Position numbers and translations under genes: made by a program. A stretch of 64,000 bases of DNA from Balanoglossus misakiensis (lineage: Eukaryota; Animalia; Hemichordata), in contig CM082584.2 in NCBI GenBank assembly GCA_040954595.2, positions 12,933,166 through 12,997,165 on the forward strand, in the 5' to 3' direction. The notes beneath the pieces are model-generated. The model had not been told where the DNA came from. It worked only from the letters and a program-made list of their open reading frames with translations, and searched no databases. Shown here one piece after another: positions 12,937 to 25,482 of this stretch. The first letter of the stretch is position 1. Each line of letters starts with the position of its first letter.

Positions 12937-15010
12937 CTAGACTGGTATAGGCTTTCCTGTGACTACCTTTGGTTCTCTGCTGTACAGGAATGTGGCTGCT
13001 ATGACAAACGATGCTCCAATGAAGAAAAATCTACAGAAGAGATCAAAGCACAGGATAACCATGTTAGAAATTTGCATTCTTACCTCAATTGACACAAAAA
13101 CATTTAGCAATCTGGTATGTCTCATACAAACATTGTAACGGGACTAAAATACTCACATTGTCGGAATAAAATCGTTGAGCCAGTAATAGGACACTACTGT
13201 TGATAATATGATCGATAATGAAGTTGCAAAACCTTTGAGAATGTTGTCAGCGTATTTGATAACGGCTGCTATCACCAAACCACCAAACGCCTGCAAAGAA
13301 TATGAGTGAGACCTTGTGATTGGCAATCATCTTTTGACTGGAGACCATGTTTAACACTTAAAGGTCAGTTGGCTAACTTTTGGATTCTTTCACAGTATTT
13401 TTGCTTTGATCAATGCAGCATGGTGAACTGACCAACATTTTTCAACTCATCCCATTACGTGCACTCAGGATTTTTATCGCTGATAAATGAATTCCTGGTT
13501 TCAATGAATGGGAACAGAATACTAGTAATCACAAATGTTGATTTCTTTACCTGTAGTGAGATGACCACCCAGGTCATGTTATTATATCCTTGAAGGAAAC
13601 CATCACTTTTCACTGCTTCTCCGTCATACCAGAAGACACCCATCAAACCAAATAAGGTACCAAACACACCTGTGGCAGATAAGTACAATGACAAGATCAA
13701 ACAGGATTTAGCTGGCCTCCAGAGGACCAGTTCTACCATGGTAACAATATAATACCATAGCAACATGCATGGTCCATCTGAAAAGTTTTCATCATGAAAA
13801 ATATAATTAAGTCGAACAAAAGACAAATACACTGTTGACTTACCTAGTTGTATATTTCTCAGCCAAATGGACTGTTTTGTGCCTTTTAAAATTTTCTCAA
13901 AATAAACCCCAGCAAAACCGCTTGAAAAGCAAGCACTGAGAACTGCTATAAGTCCCACTAACTGATTGGCTGTTGACAATGATTTTTCTTGTGAACTTGA
14001 GGAGTCTGATGGCATCTGTGATAAGAACAATCAAGGCACTCATATTCATTCAATGTTTTTGCTGCCATTTAGTGTCAGAGAAAAATGAAACAATAAAAAG
14101 TGGTAAAGTGTCTGCTGAAACAAATGTTTCTAAGTTGTTGTCAACGACATATTTTTCACTCACATATAAAACCTGAATAGGAACAAATATATCATGAACT
14201 CAGTACCTGTACTAGTGCTACCCCAACCATCAGCATTACCAGCGACACCCATTTCAATACATTTAACTTCTTTCCCAACATCAGCACAGAAAACATGGCA
14301 GTTGTGAGGATTTTCAGTTGATATGTAACCTGTGTGAAGAAAAAACACTTGTTGTGACACATCACTGAGGTAACTGAACTGATAGGCATGGATGCATGTA
14401 TGGTTTATGACATGAACTGTTTTATTCACGACACAGCAGTGGATACAATTCTATGCCTTCACATTACTCACCTGGTATGTTGCTGCATCTAAATTTGATA
14501 GTGCTATAAATAAAAGATTGTTTTGAATCGTGTATAGGCCTGCTGGAATGGCTAATTTAAAAGTCTCCTTTGGCTTGTTAATAATTTCCGCTTGTATTGT
14601 TGTGACAAAGCCTGGTATACCACTTCCTGCACAAAAAACATGAAAAGAGGATTAATTCAAAAGGTGATGCCGGAAATAGGTTGAAATAACATGCAGTGTT
14701 CTTCCCAGAAACTAATAACAATGCTCTATGACAATTTTGAAGGCATATAAACAAATAAATATACAGTATTTATTATTATAACTTATTTTCTTTTGGGATA
14801 TCGAGTCTAAATACACTTACCTTGTTGCAAATACACCATAATAACGCAGGCTGCAATCTTCATCATTTCTGACATGACTACAGCTGTTGAGGACAGATAC
14901 CTTGTTCCTTCTTCCTTCATTGTGCGTGAATACCTCATAGCTAAAACTGCTGAAGTTGTCTGCACTATGAGTATTCCCAAAGACAGGTATTTCAACCGAT
15001 TTGACCCCAT
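12937..15010 (-). CDS. SLC35A3: UDP-N-acetylglucosamine (nucleotide-sugar) transporter, SLC35A family
   Basis: [111 protein letters not shown] at 15010, stop at 12937. The A3 versus A2 call rests on motif recall. Confidence 0.88.
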
Positions 15011-15319
15011 CTGAAAGCGAGAAAAATGCAAGGAAGAAACTTTTAAAAGATGTCACTTTGGGTATGTCCGTTTCATGAGTTTGTTAAAAAAAGAAAAATG
15101 CGAACCAAACGAGAAATAGCGGTGACGTGGACACTGCAACACCCACAGTGATAGATCAAGACGTGGCAGAACTTGTTCATATACCCGATCTCTGATTTCA
15201 CAATTAATACGGCAAAAAAAGTTGGATCTGAGATCGGTTAGGTCGATCACTGCACAACAACCATAGTCGACTCACTGCTGATCGAAGTTATGCGCGAGCA
15301 AATACGCGATCAAACACAC

Positions 15320-15683
15320 CTACCTTCTAAATATCCCCTTCCTTCGACTAAAATGTGTGAACAGACTAGCATCTATCAAAAAACATCCCGTTATGTTAAC
15401 GTCCCTCCATGTACTACCCCCAAGTCGACACTGTCAGCCACGTAGACGTACGTACGATCGTGAAAGACTTGTTGATGGTGTCTGACCCGGAAGTATTTGT
15501 CGACGGGTAATTTGCTTTTGGGTTGTTCGGTAAGATCGACTATTTTCATACTATTTTATAATATTATATGTTTTGCAATAAAATAAAATTTCCTAGTGCG
15601 CTGGCTATGATTTAATAACATAGACATTGATATAAAACCAAAAACATTTGACCTCAAATGACCCATGATACTTGGTATCCAAA
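15320..15683. promoter_or_regulatory. Putative bidirectional promoter SLC35A3/ATPAF1
   Basis: Head-to-head arrangement; ETS ACCCGGAAGTA at 15485-15495, GACGGGTAATTTGCT at 15502-15516, YY1-like AAAATGGC over the ATPAF1 start. Confidence 0.6.
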
Positions 15684-17712
15684 ATGGCAGCGCCCATGAG
15701 ACCGTACTTCTTGTTACCTGCTCGATGTAGAAACTATTACAAGTTTCTCAGGGAGTTTCGAGTAACAGCAAATACTTTCAACAAGACACGAAGTGATGAA
15801 GGACTTGAAGAAAATCCGTTTTATTCAAAATACTCCTCAAAAATTGAAGAAAAACGTCGGTAAGAACGCGCTGTGCAGGCACATACACTATTCCAGTTCA
15901 ACTTGTACAGATTCATGGATTCCTTGTCTAATAATACACTTGCACATATTTCAGTACAAACCCTGAAGAATACCAGGCCTATGTAGAAGAGAAGCAGAAA
16001 TTGAAGTCAACTGCTAAAAGTAGGAACGATCTAGCTACAGATAACCTCCAGGTAAGTCGTGGGCTGTTTGGTAGACAAATCTTTCTTTTGAGGGGGGGGG
16101 GGGGGGGGGGTGGTCTCATGGAATAATGTTATACCAGTGTCTTATTTTCAATTTCCTTTGCAGGCATCAAAACCAGGCAAGCCACCTCTATCAACAGCAT
16201 CACCAGTTCAAACGCACCGGGTCAGTTGAACATTTGTATTTTTCATTCAAAACTTTACTTTGATGAAATTATGCCCATCCCCATGCTTCAAAGTGTAGTT
16301 TTATGAACATGAAAAAGAATAATATATTTTTGTTTCTTTATCCTTATTTGAGCAGAGTCTTAGCTCCATTTTGAAACTAGAACTTATACAAGATAAAACA
16401 AGTGAAGAAATTTCTCAGGTAAGCCATAGATACATCAGTGGGAGTGAGTACATGTGTATGTATGTAAACGTTCATCAGATAGAACTGTTGTCACCAGTGG
16501 CTGACATGGATTAAATATATAAGTGCTCTGAGTTTGTTACTTTTGCTCTCTCTTTATCTAAAATAATTTTTCTTTGGTTTTAATGACAGATATGGAAAGA
16601 CTACCATAGGCAGAAGGACTGTATTGCTGCAGTTATACCTGTAAGTGTTATCATAAAATCTTGTGTTCAGCGTGTGAACGGTTTGTTTTTTATGGTGAAA
16701 ATTCTGTTTGAAATACTAGCGACACAATTCCAAAAAGGACTTCTGTAAAATATATTTAATGTTTTAAATAGGAATTAAGCCTATTGTTTATTTCAGAGTG
16801 CAAATTACAGTAAAATCCACGAGAGGGGTCAGAAATATCCATTATTTCTGTATCCAGTACCAAGAGGTGAAGGCTATGAGTTTATGATTGGACAATTTGA
16901 TGATCATAACTGCCATTTTACATCACTTATCAATTACCAGGTGAGATATCTTTCAGTTACATTTATTTAAAACATCTACACCTTGTATACTGCAAGTGTT
17001 GACAGCCCAGTTACACAGTAGCCCTATTTGAAACTGTTTTGAAACTGTTGTTCCCGTGAGTTTCCTACAACCTGTTCTCATTTACATCTTCTTTGACAGG
17101 CACATCAAGAAAACGCACCAATTCTGCTGACAATGATACATTACACTGAGTTCATGAAAGAAAAAGGTAAGTAACTCTTTATCCAGTGAGTGTGTTTGTA
17201 TGTGTTGTTACTCTATTTATGTTGCAAGTGCCAAATCCATTTACTGCTGGTAATGGATGGTGTGAATTGATTTGCTGGTAAACACATTTTAGAAAAGTAA
17301 TGTTGATTTCTTTCTCATTCCAGGTGTTGTACTGATGCATGGTGAACTTGATACAGAACAACTGGCAAGTATTCACTTTGTTTTCTCAGTATTAATCAAC
17401 CCCTCAGTAGTTGAAATTTTGAATTTGGAGGAATTTCTTTGTTTCTGACAAAATCGTCTTTGCGAATGTTCTTTACTAAACCGAAATCTTGTTGCGAATG
17501 TTCTTTACTAAACCGAAATCTTGTTATCTTGAACACAGCAAGTGCATGAAGCTCAATTTCTGGCCAACCAGGTGCAGCTGTACTACGGATCAGACAATCC
17601 GGAAAAGCTGGATCTACTGGACTCGTTTACCAACCACCCGGAAAAATTCAGTCACATGGATGTGATCCGAGAATTACAGAACACCAAAGTAACATTGCCA
17701 GTGGATCAGTGA
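15684..17712 (+). CDS. ATPAF1: ATP synthase mitochondrial F1 complex assembly factor 1 (Atp11)
   Basis: Arg-rich presequence MAAPMRPYFLLPARCR, LEENPFYSKYSSKI, LSSILKLELIQDKT.EEI.QIWKDYH, YPLFLYPVPRGEGYEF, HFTSLINYQ, EAQFLANQVQLYYG; TGA at 17710-17712. Confidence 0.93.
17461..17524. repeat. Perfect 32-bp tandem duplication (intronic)
   Basis: TGCGAATGTTCTTTACTAAACCGAAATCTTGT x2. Confidence 0.9.
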
Positions 17713-19580
17713 ATGAAGTGGGCTGTATACATGCTGCAATCCCCTGCAGTTCGTAGAGGATGTCGTATTCCCATTGTTTTCGATGGTTGGTTGGACTATA
17801 CCAATAGGAATGTAGGGGGAACATGTGCATGTAGAAGATATTGAAGATGCATGATACTGCTTGGACAGGTATAGATGAGGGGGGGTTTCCAAATATACCA
17901 CTATGCCAATGAACGGGCTGTTACTGTTTGTATCACTTGTGATTGCCAAGATACTTTTCCATTTGATGAAAGTTGTGTTTTTGTTGGTTTCACAAGCAGG
18001 ATTTGCACAATTCCATGGTGCGTGTGTGGGAGATAAAGATTAAGAATAGTTTGTAAATATTTTTATTTTATTTTGTGTATGCATATTATGTAAAATAAAC
18101 AACTGCAACACACTTATGATTTTTACATTTTTATTTCTATGTTAAATTTTATTTACATATTCACATGATAATCATTACCCATTCATTTGAGAGAGAAAAA
18201 TAAATGCACACACATCAAAATGAAGGAATATACCGATTGGCAAGTCAGTGACTGGATTACATTGTCTTTTTCAGTGTTCAAATTTACCCGAACGTACATT
18301 AATAGCAGTGTCTTCTATGGTAGTTCTCACTCTAAAATTCACTTATGACCAACTGAAGACTTGCCAGACAGACCCAACTCGTGGCACAACACACCAGACT
18401 GACTGATGTAAAGTGTAGCCAGGTTTTACAGTACAAAGGTAGTCACTCATTGCTGTGCAATGCCGAAAGAGTAGGCTCTCTTAAAGGTAAGACTAATTCT
18501 TGTCTTTGTGTCACCATGTCACAACTTCTGTCTTCCCAGTGGTAAAACAAAAAGAAATTCCTTTGTCAAGTCTTCAAATATACAATGGCATGCTCAAGTA
18601 AACTACAAAATCAAAAATGTTAACCTGGACAGTTTCTATGACAATATTTGCTCAATATTCCCACATAAAAACAGTTTCTAAGTCGCACTTCAATACGCTA
18701 GAAAGTTACACATTTATATTAAAAATCCAAGGTGCTACATATAATGTAGACTTCAATGGTATGGAAAAAATGTGGCTATTTCCGAATCAAAGTAGTTAGT
18801 ACGGTTCCTCATCCCAAGGTTTCTGCCAAGCTCCTTTGTAACCTGAGAAACCACACATCCATTATTGGGCTTAGAAGTTTGAAGGTTTTTTGGCAGGAAT
18901 GTAGAAAATACCTAGCAGTTGGCACAAAAAACTAGCCATGAGCAAAAGAAAATGACTGCCCCTGAAAAGATGACTTCAGTGGAAAAATCCACATGTAAAT
19001 TTAATCGGAACCACTGCTGGGTATATTGCAAAAAGAAAGTTACTGTGTCAGTCTCGGCAGACATACAGTGGTTTAAGTCTAGGTTAGCCTTGCACTACAC
19101 TTTCCATCCCCTGCCACATACAGGGGATGGGAAAGGAGAGGTAGGTTTTTTCAGCGATAATCCATAAAGCTAGGAAATAAGTGGTAGGCCAGTATAAATG
19201 TCTGCAAAGGAGAACCATAAATAGGAAATTCATAAATTCTAGTTTTCATACTGTCCTTTCTCTATAATTTAATGCTAAAGTCATATGGAAGATACAACAT
19301 GTACTATAATACATAATAATTACATAAATTCTGTATTAAAAACACAATCCATTGTAGTCAGTAATGTACTGATTTTTGGACTATGACCCTATAAACCAAA
19401 TATCCAGTTTGCACCTGTGTGCAGACCCAATTGTATGAGGGGATGATACTATCTTCTTTCGGAAGGACTTTCAGACAGACAAGTACAATATAACTTTAAG
19501 ATTTTGTGTGTGTGTGTGCATTGAATGAGCACGACGAAGACACGAGCACACCTATCAACCATATCTGCACATACAGTGTT

Positions 19581-22500
19581 CTATGCATTGAACGGTCCCC
19601 AATGAACGTGTTTGTAGCGTTTTCTCAGCACCTCTTCTAATTCTTTGCCGTGTTCTTCATCTCTGGTTTCAACAACACACTTGACCTGAAAATATGAACA
19701 ACAAAGTTATCTTCAAATACATTTAATTTTTATGACTACCCTTCTGAAGATCAATTCGGCACCAAGTCGAATTTGAATATGTGTGCATGGTGAAACTCAA
19801 CACCAAAGGGGCCGTGACGAGTTTTCAGGGGTATATAACACTACAGCAAGGTTCAACTTGTCAAAACTCACCAGAACACTAAAGATGTCTGTACGCAACC
19901 ATGCCCGTTCATGAAAGATGTCCTTGAGGCTGTGGTTGAAAAATAAAAAATAAATAAATGATCCATTTATTGCAAAGTTGTGTACAACGTTTCTGAGAAC
20001 AACAGGAAGATTAGGTATATGATTTTTTGAGAAGCAGGAAATTGTTCCACGAAAGACAGGCAGGAAATACTGTAAACCATAGTTTATAAACAGAATCACG
20101 TGGTCCCCATTGAGATTGTATGTACAACTGTTACTGTTGCCCTGACCTTAAATTTGACCTCTGCAGGCAGTGGGACCCTGCTTTTGTTTAATAGCCCATA
20201 TCAGGGTTAAATATGCGTGATTCCATCTACTAACCTGACTCCTACGTCTGCAATTATTTTGGTGAGTTCTGCGATCCCACCCGGTCGGTCACTGACTTGA
20301 ACAATGAATCGACATAGTCGACCATCGGCTGCCAAACCACGTTCAATGCAACGTCCCAGAACCGCTGTGTCTATATTTCCCCCACACAGTGGGATAACAA
20401 CCCTGTGAAAATATAACAGTGCATTAATGATGTTGGTGGAAGATAACTGTCCAACTGAACTACTAGTGATAATATTTTAGATTGAAACGGAAGAGAACTT
20501 CCTTTAAAATGAAACTCACTTTTTGCCCTTCAACTCTGGAAGTCTGTCACCCAAGATGGCCGCCAATCCAGTAGCACCAGCGCCCTCTACAACAGCCTTC
20601 TCCAGCTCTATCAGCCTCAGAATGGCCAATGCAATCAGGTCCTCACTGTAAAAGAAAAGTGATTCATGCTGGTAAATAGACACCAGGACACAAGAACATT
20701 ACCGTTATTTTCTTGTTTTCTCTTCAAACCTGTATAATTTTGAAGTGAACACGTGGTTATCGAAGTCAATACTTACGTTACTGTAACTACTTTGTCGACA
20801 AGTGGCCTTGCTGTTGCAAAGGCGTTCACTCCTACAGTGGGAACTGCTAGACCTGAAAAGATACACCAGTCTCATTTGAGTAATGGATAGGGAGTACCTC
20901 CTCGGTCCTATTTCCATCCCCATCTCTCACAACAATGGCACAACCATATCTGCTGGATTGATGATGACTGGTTTGCCACAAGATGCGACTCCCTCACCAG
21001 TGACTTATTTTCATTCCCATTCATCATTGATTGTCATTCCGAAAGAGTCAGACTTACCATCTGCTAATGTGGAAGACACTTTTGTGTAAACTGGATGACC
21101 GGCTTCTAATGCTGCTTTGAAACTTGCACAGCTCTCTGCTTCAACTCCCTATTATATACAAGAGGCAAAAATGATATCCTCTTTCAATGGCCATGCTTGG
21201 ATCATCCTTGATGGCACAATTCAGAGAAAACAGAACAATCCTGATAAATTTCAGAGATGAAAGGTCTCAACTGACTTACAATGATTTGTATATGTGGATA
21301 GAGGCTCTTGACAGCCAAGGCTGTTCCAGCAATCAAGCCTGCACCCCCGACTGGTATGACCACTGCATCAATGTCAGGAACTTGTTCCACAATCTCCAAT
21401 CCCATGGTTCCTTGCCCTGCCAAGATGTGTGGATGGTCGTATCTGAAATGACAAGACACCAATGAAAATACAAGTGTGCTTACAAGTTGACAGATGTTCT
21501 CCTAGAACACATTCATTCACTTCTGAGACGCAAGAACTCCTGAAATTGTTCATTAGAACAAGACTCACCCATTTATGTACTGCAGACCTTTTTCCTTGGC
21601 TATTTTCATGGCATATTTCTTGGACTGAAACAAACAAACACAATACAATTAATTACTGAAGTTCTTTCAACATATAGTATATGGGTGTACCAGATACCAT
21701 TGACGGTGAAGGTGCCAGACTACATCATGGTAGGCAAGATAAGAATTTCACTTCTCGCTCACCTCTCCTAAATCAGCACCAGTGACAATGACATTAGCAC
21801 CATGCTGTTTGCACAGACTTATCTTCATAATGGGTGCAATGATTGGCATGACAACAAACACAGGAATGCCAAGGTCTTTGCCGTGATAGGACAATGCCAG
21901 GGCGTGATTTCCGGCCGAAGCTGCGATGACACCAACTTTTTGCTGTTCTGGTGACAACATCAGTAATGTGTATCTTGCGCCTCTTTCTTTGAAGCTGTGG
22001 AAATAAGATACATTCATGTACACATTATCATGTACACATTATCTTGTTTTGTAAGTGGGGAATGTTTGTCAATATTGTAGCCATGACAACCTTACCAGCA
22101 GCATGGAGAATGCTAGGCTTTATTCAAATAAGAAGATCAGAAAGTCCCTTCACACTTACCTTCCTGTGTACTGTAAAAATTCTTTCTTGAAAAATATATC
22201 AACTCCTGTCATAGCAGACAAATGTGACTTCTGCAATGAAAGATGAAAATATTCTCAGAAAGTTTTCATCATTGTCCATCATGTTGAGCAATTTGGTTAA
22301 TAGGTGGTTCTCTAAAACAAAAATCATTACAATGATCCCAATTTCCTTTTGATTTCTTTAACAGTGTATCTGCAAAACATCTGTGAGTGTAACTTAGACT
22401 CCATCCTTTATGCATTCTGAGCTCTGCATGCCATCCAGAATGAGTCTACATTTCTTGGTACTGAGCCATGTGTTATGATCACCAAACATACGTATGCACT

Positions 22501-23016
22501 CAAATTTGCATACAATGTTCGCTTTAAACACAGTCCTTCTGTGGTGCTTTTAAATTTACATAAGCATTGAATATCCTATTTGGTGCCTTTAGGCCCACAA
22601 TGGGGACTGCCCCTACAGGGTGACCTCGAATGACCTTGGGAGGCAATCAATCAAAACAACATTATGGGTACTATTGTGTAAACATTGCATAATGGTGATC
22701 AAGTTACGCACTTGGAAATCACATGCATGTACTTGGAATTTTTTTCCCATGAAATATTTCCATTTTGTTTTTAAAATCAGCTGAATGAAGGTACTGTCCT
22801 TACATGGCATGGAGTCCTTTGGATTCCATTTTTAATTTTGTACGCTGCTGCACTGACGTCTTGAAAACGGACGACAACTGGGTTTTCTGGATCACAGAAT
22901 TCATCCTTCAATTCTTCCTCCTCATCCTCCTTGATTTTAAGGGGTTCTGTCACACCATTGACCCCATTCTCTATAGAGTCTTGGGCTGCTGGCATTGTGT
23001 TCACTTCTGGTTTCAT
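19581..23016 (-). CDS. PLP-dependent L-threonine/serine dehydratase (TdcB-like) with C-terminal ACT-like domain
   Basis: FLQYTGSFKERGA (PLP lysine), GVIAASAGNHALA, YDHPHILAGQGTMGLEI, IPVGGAGLIAG, TLADGLAVP, VVEGAGATG, LCGGNIDT, VSDRPGGIA. ATG at 23016, TAG at 19581; a 5' non-coding exon donor lies near 23665. Confidence 0.93.
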
Positions 23017-24061
23017 CTACTGGTGTTCCAAACAGAAAGAAAAACTGATGTATCCAAATTTTGGGGCAGTATAATAATAATGACTATTCTCATGCATGGG
23101 TAAAACAGTTTTGATAAATGTTTGCATTACTTGGTGAAATGAAAACATGTTACAGATACCAGTACCAGATTATGCAAATCACAAATGATTTTGTGGCATA
23201 TTGCCAGAATGGTTTGGGACACAAACATCAGCATGTCCTCAACCTAGTTTTTCTTGGTTTTGCGAGAGAAGCATATACATCATCACTAGATGATAAAGCG
23301 AAGAAAGTTCTACATCAACGCAAATATTTATGCGACAAGACAGTCATGCGCACTTGTTATGCCCTCGGTAATGATCATGTGCCATCAGATCGTTTTTAGT
23401 TTCTTTTATCAAACCAAGGTCAAATCTAAGGTCATCAAACCCTTCCCTCAGCGTATGCCATGGATATTCCGGGTATTGATCGAATTATCACACAAAGTTT
23501 TAGGATAGATGGATTCTCGAGCAGCCCCCCCCCCCCCCAGCGAGAAATGAACAGCCACAGATGTTTACGAAATTGACAGAGCATGTAAACACACAGCTGA
23601 CGCGAGCAAAACAGTAATCCATTTCCGATCTCTAATTATCTGCCTCAGTAATTTTGATCACTTACCTATAAATGCACGGATCTCTCTTTTGTTAACGACG
23701 ATGTATCTGTGTGTCACTCTAACTCGAAAATCTTGAAAACTGACGGAAACTGAGTAGCAAGTGTCAGGTGATTACGACTGTGATGTCAACTGTAGTAACT
23801 GGTATAAGCCGGGTAAAGACAGGGCGTAAAGACTAATGACGCACGACGGGCAATAACCCTTTGTTCGCCAGTCTTCACACACTAGACACTTCAGGTAATC
23901 GCGGCACGTATTAACAGCCACAAGCTTGTAAAATACTAAGCAGGTGAGTTCTCCGAGAACTGCTAAAACTGCTGGCTAAAAACTGGTAAAATCGCAAATA
24001 TCAAAATAGAACGCACTTCATCACAACAACATAGCGGCTTGCAATATGGTCACAAATAAAC

Positions 24062-24106
24062 GCTGATTGGCTGTTACGCAGTTCCATTCTGGAAGCTGAT
24101 TGGCTG
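24062..24106 (-). promoter_or_regulatory. Tandem CCAAT (NF-Y-type) boxes upstream of the dehydratase gene
   Basis: GCTGATTGGCTG at 24062-24073 and 24095-24106, 33 bp apart. Confidence 0.5.
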
Positions 24107-25482
24107 ACAGGGACAACGCCCTCCTCACGGTCAATGAAGGTCATGTGAAACTTGTCATGTGATTAGCAGGTCGTATCAGGTGGATTACCTGCTGTGTCAC
24201 AGCAATGCGAGGCTAACTAAAAAGGCTACCCCAAGATAAAATTGCCTAAATAGAGAGAACTGTTGAAATTACTATTTGTATGTAGTGATTACTTAACTAC
24301 GCGTTACATCGCTCTCTAGCTCTCCGTATTTTTTCTAAGTTCATCATCATAGGTCGCGGGGGTCAGGGTCGACACACGAAGCCACAATAAATATGACGTA
24401 CTTCCAGAATACCATAAACAGTTCCGGACCCCGAGGAAATCAAACACACGAAAAAATCCCCCGCTTAATGATTAATAGATTGTATGCAAAAATAAAACTT
24501 AGTTGGCTTTTAATTTAAATATTCTGATGAGAACATGAAATGCAATTTTGAAATATGATATTTTGTTCGGATACGGTTGACATCTAGCCGTTCCTGATAA
24601 AGACACTGGAATCAGCATTATTTTTGTTTTATTGCAGCGAGAACAATTAGTTTCGGGGTGTCTCCAGTATCGCATCTACGAGTTGCCGTAAAAGATCTGT
24701 GGTTTACGACATTGAGACTGGCCACGTGTAATGCACAGTTTCACCAGGTGGTTTCATACATGCGTACGCACCACTTCATTCGCGTCGCCATTTTCCACGG
24801 TGAGAGCATCATGTCGGATGACGACGAAATATTCATACCAGAAAGACTTTACAGAGTGAATCAGAAAAGACAACAAGAAGAGACTGATGAGGAAGACTAG
24901 TTTTCCCAGCGTTTTGGAGAACTTCTTGGGGCAAATTTGCACGACTCTAAAGGCCTACGGAAAGAAACTGCAATTGGAATCTGCCGAAGTCCGTTCCTAC
25001 AAGCAGAACAAAACAAGTAAGCAGACACTATTCTTTCATGTAACTGCCCGGTTGTGGCATTTTTATCGTTGAATATTCCCCCAACATATATTGTCTGCAT
25101 ATATTTGAAAACCTAGTCAGCCAGGCTTAGCTGGGCCGGGCAATTGATAAATAGTCAGTGGCCTGTTTCTTTAGAAACGCGCACTGATAGTGGAAAGGTA
25201 TAGAGGTCGCGATAGAGGTAATCGTTGTGACATGACTTCTTACCAGCACTAGAGGAGGATTTCGGGTAAATGGGTGTAATACAAATATAGTTTATTAGCA
25301 AACGAACAAAACGATTTACAAGACAGGCAAGACGCAGCAAAATAGTGTTACTATTGGTGAGCCAATAGCCACTGCCTGTAACACGCCCATACTATTAGTT
25401 GCTTAACTAATTGGAGGTGTCAATCGTTTCACTGAAATCAAACAAGAAATTAATATGAGAATTACGTTTAAGTTGTCCGCAC

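Noticed and set aside
19581-23016. Bacterial-type threonine dehydratase as recent horizontal transfer or contamination
   Set aside because: It has about ten spliceosomal introns and host-like composition, and this family is known from invertebrates.
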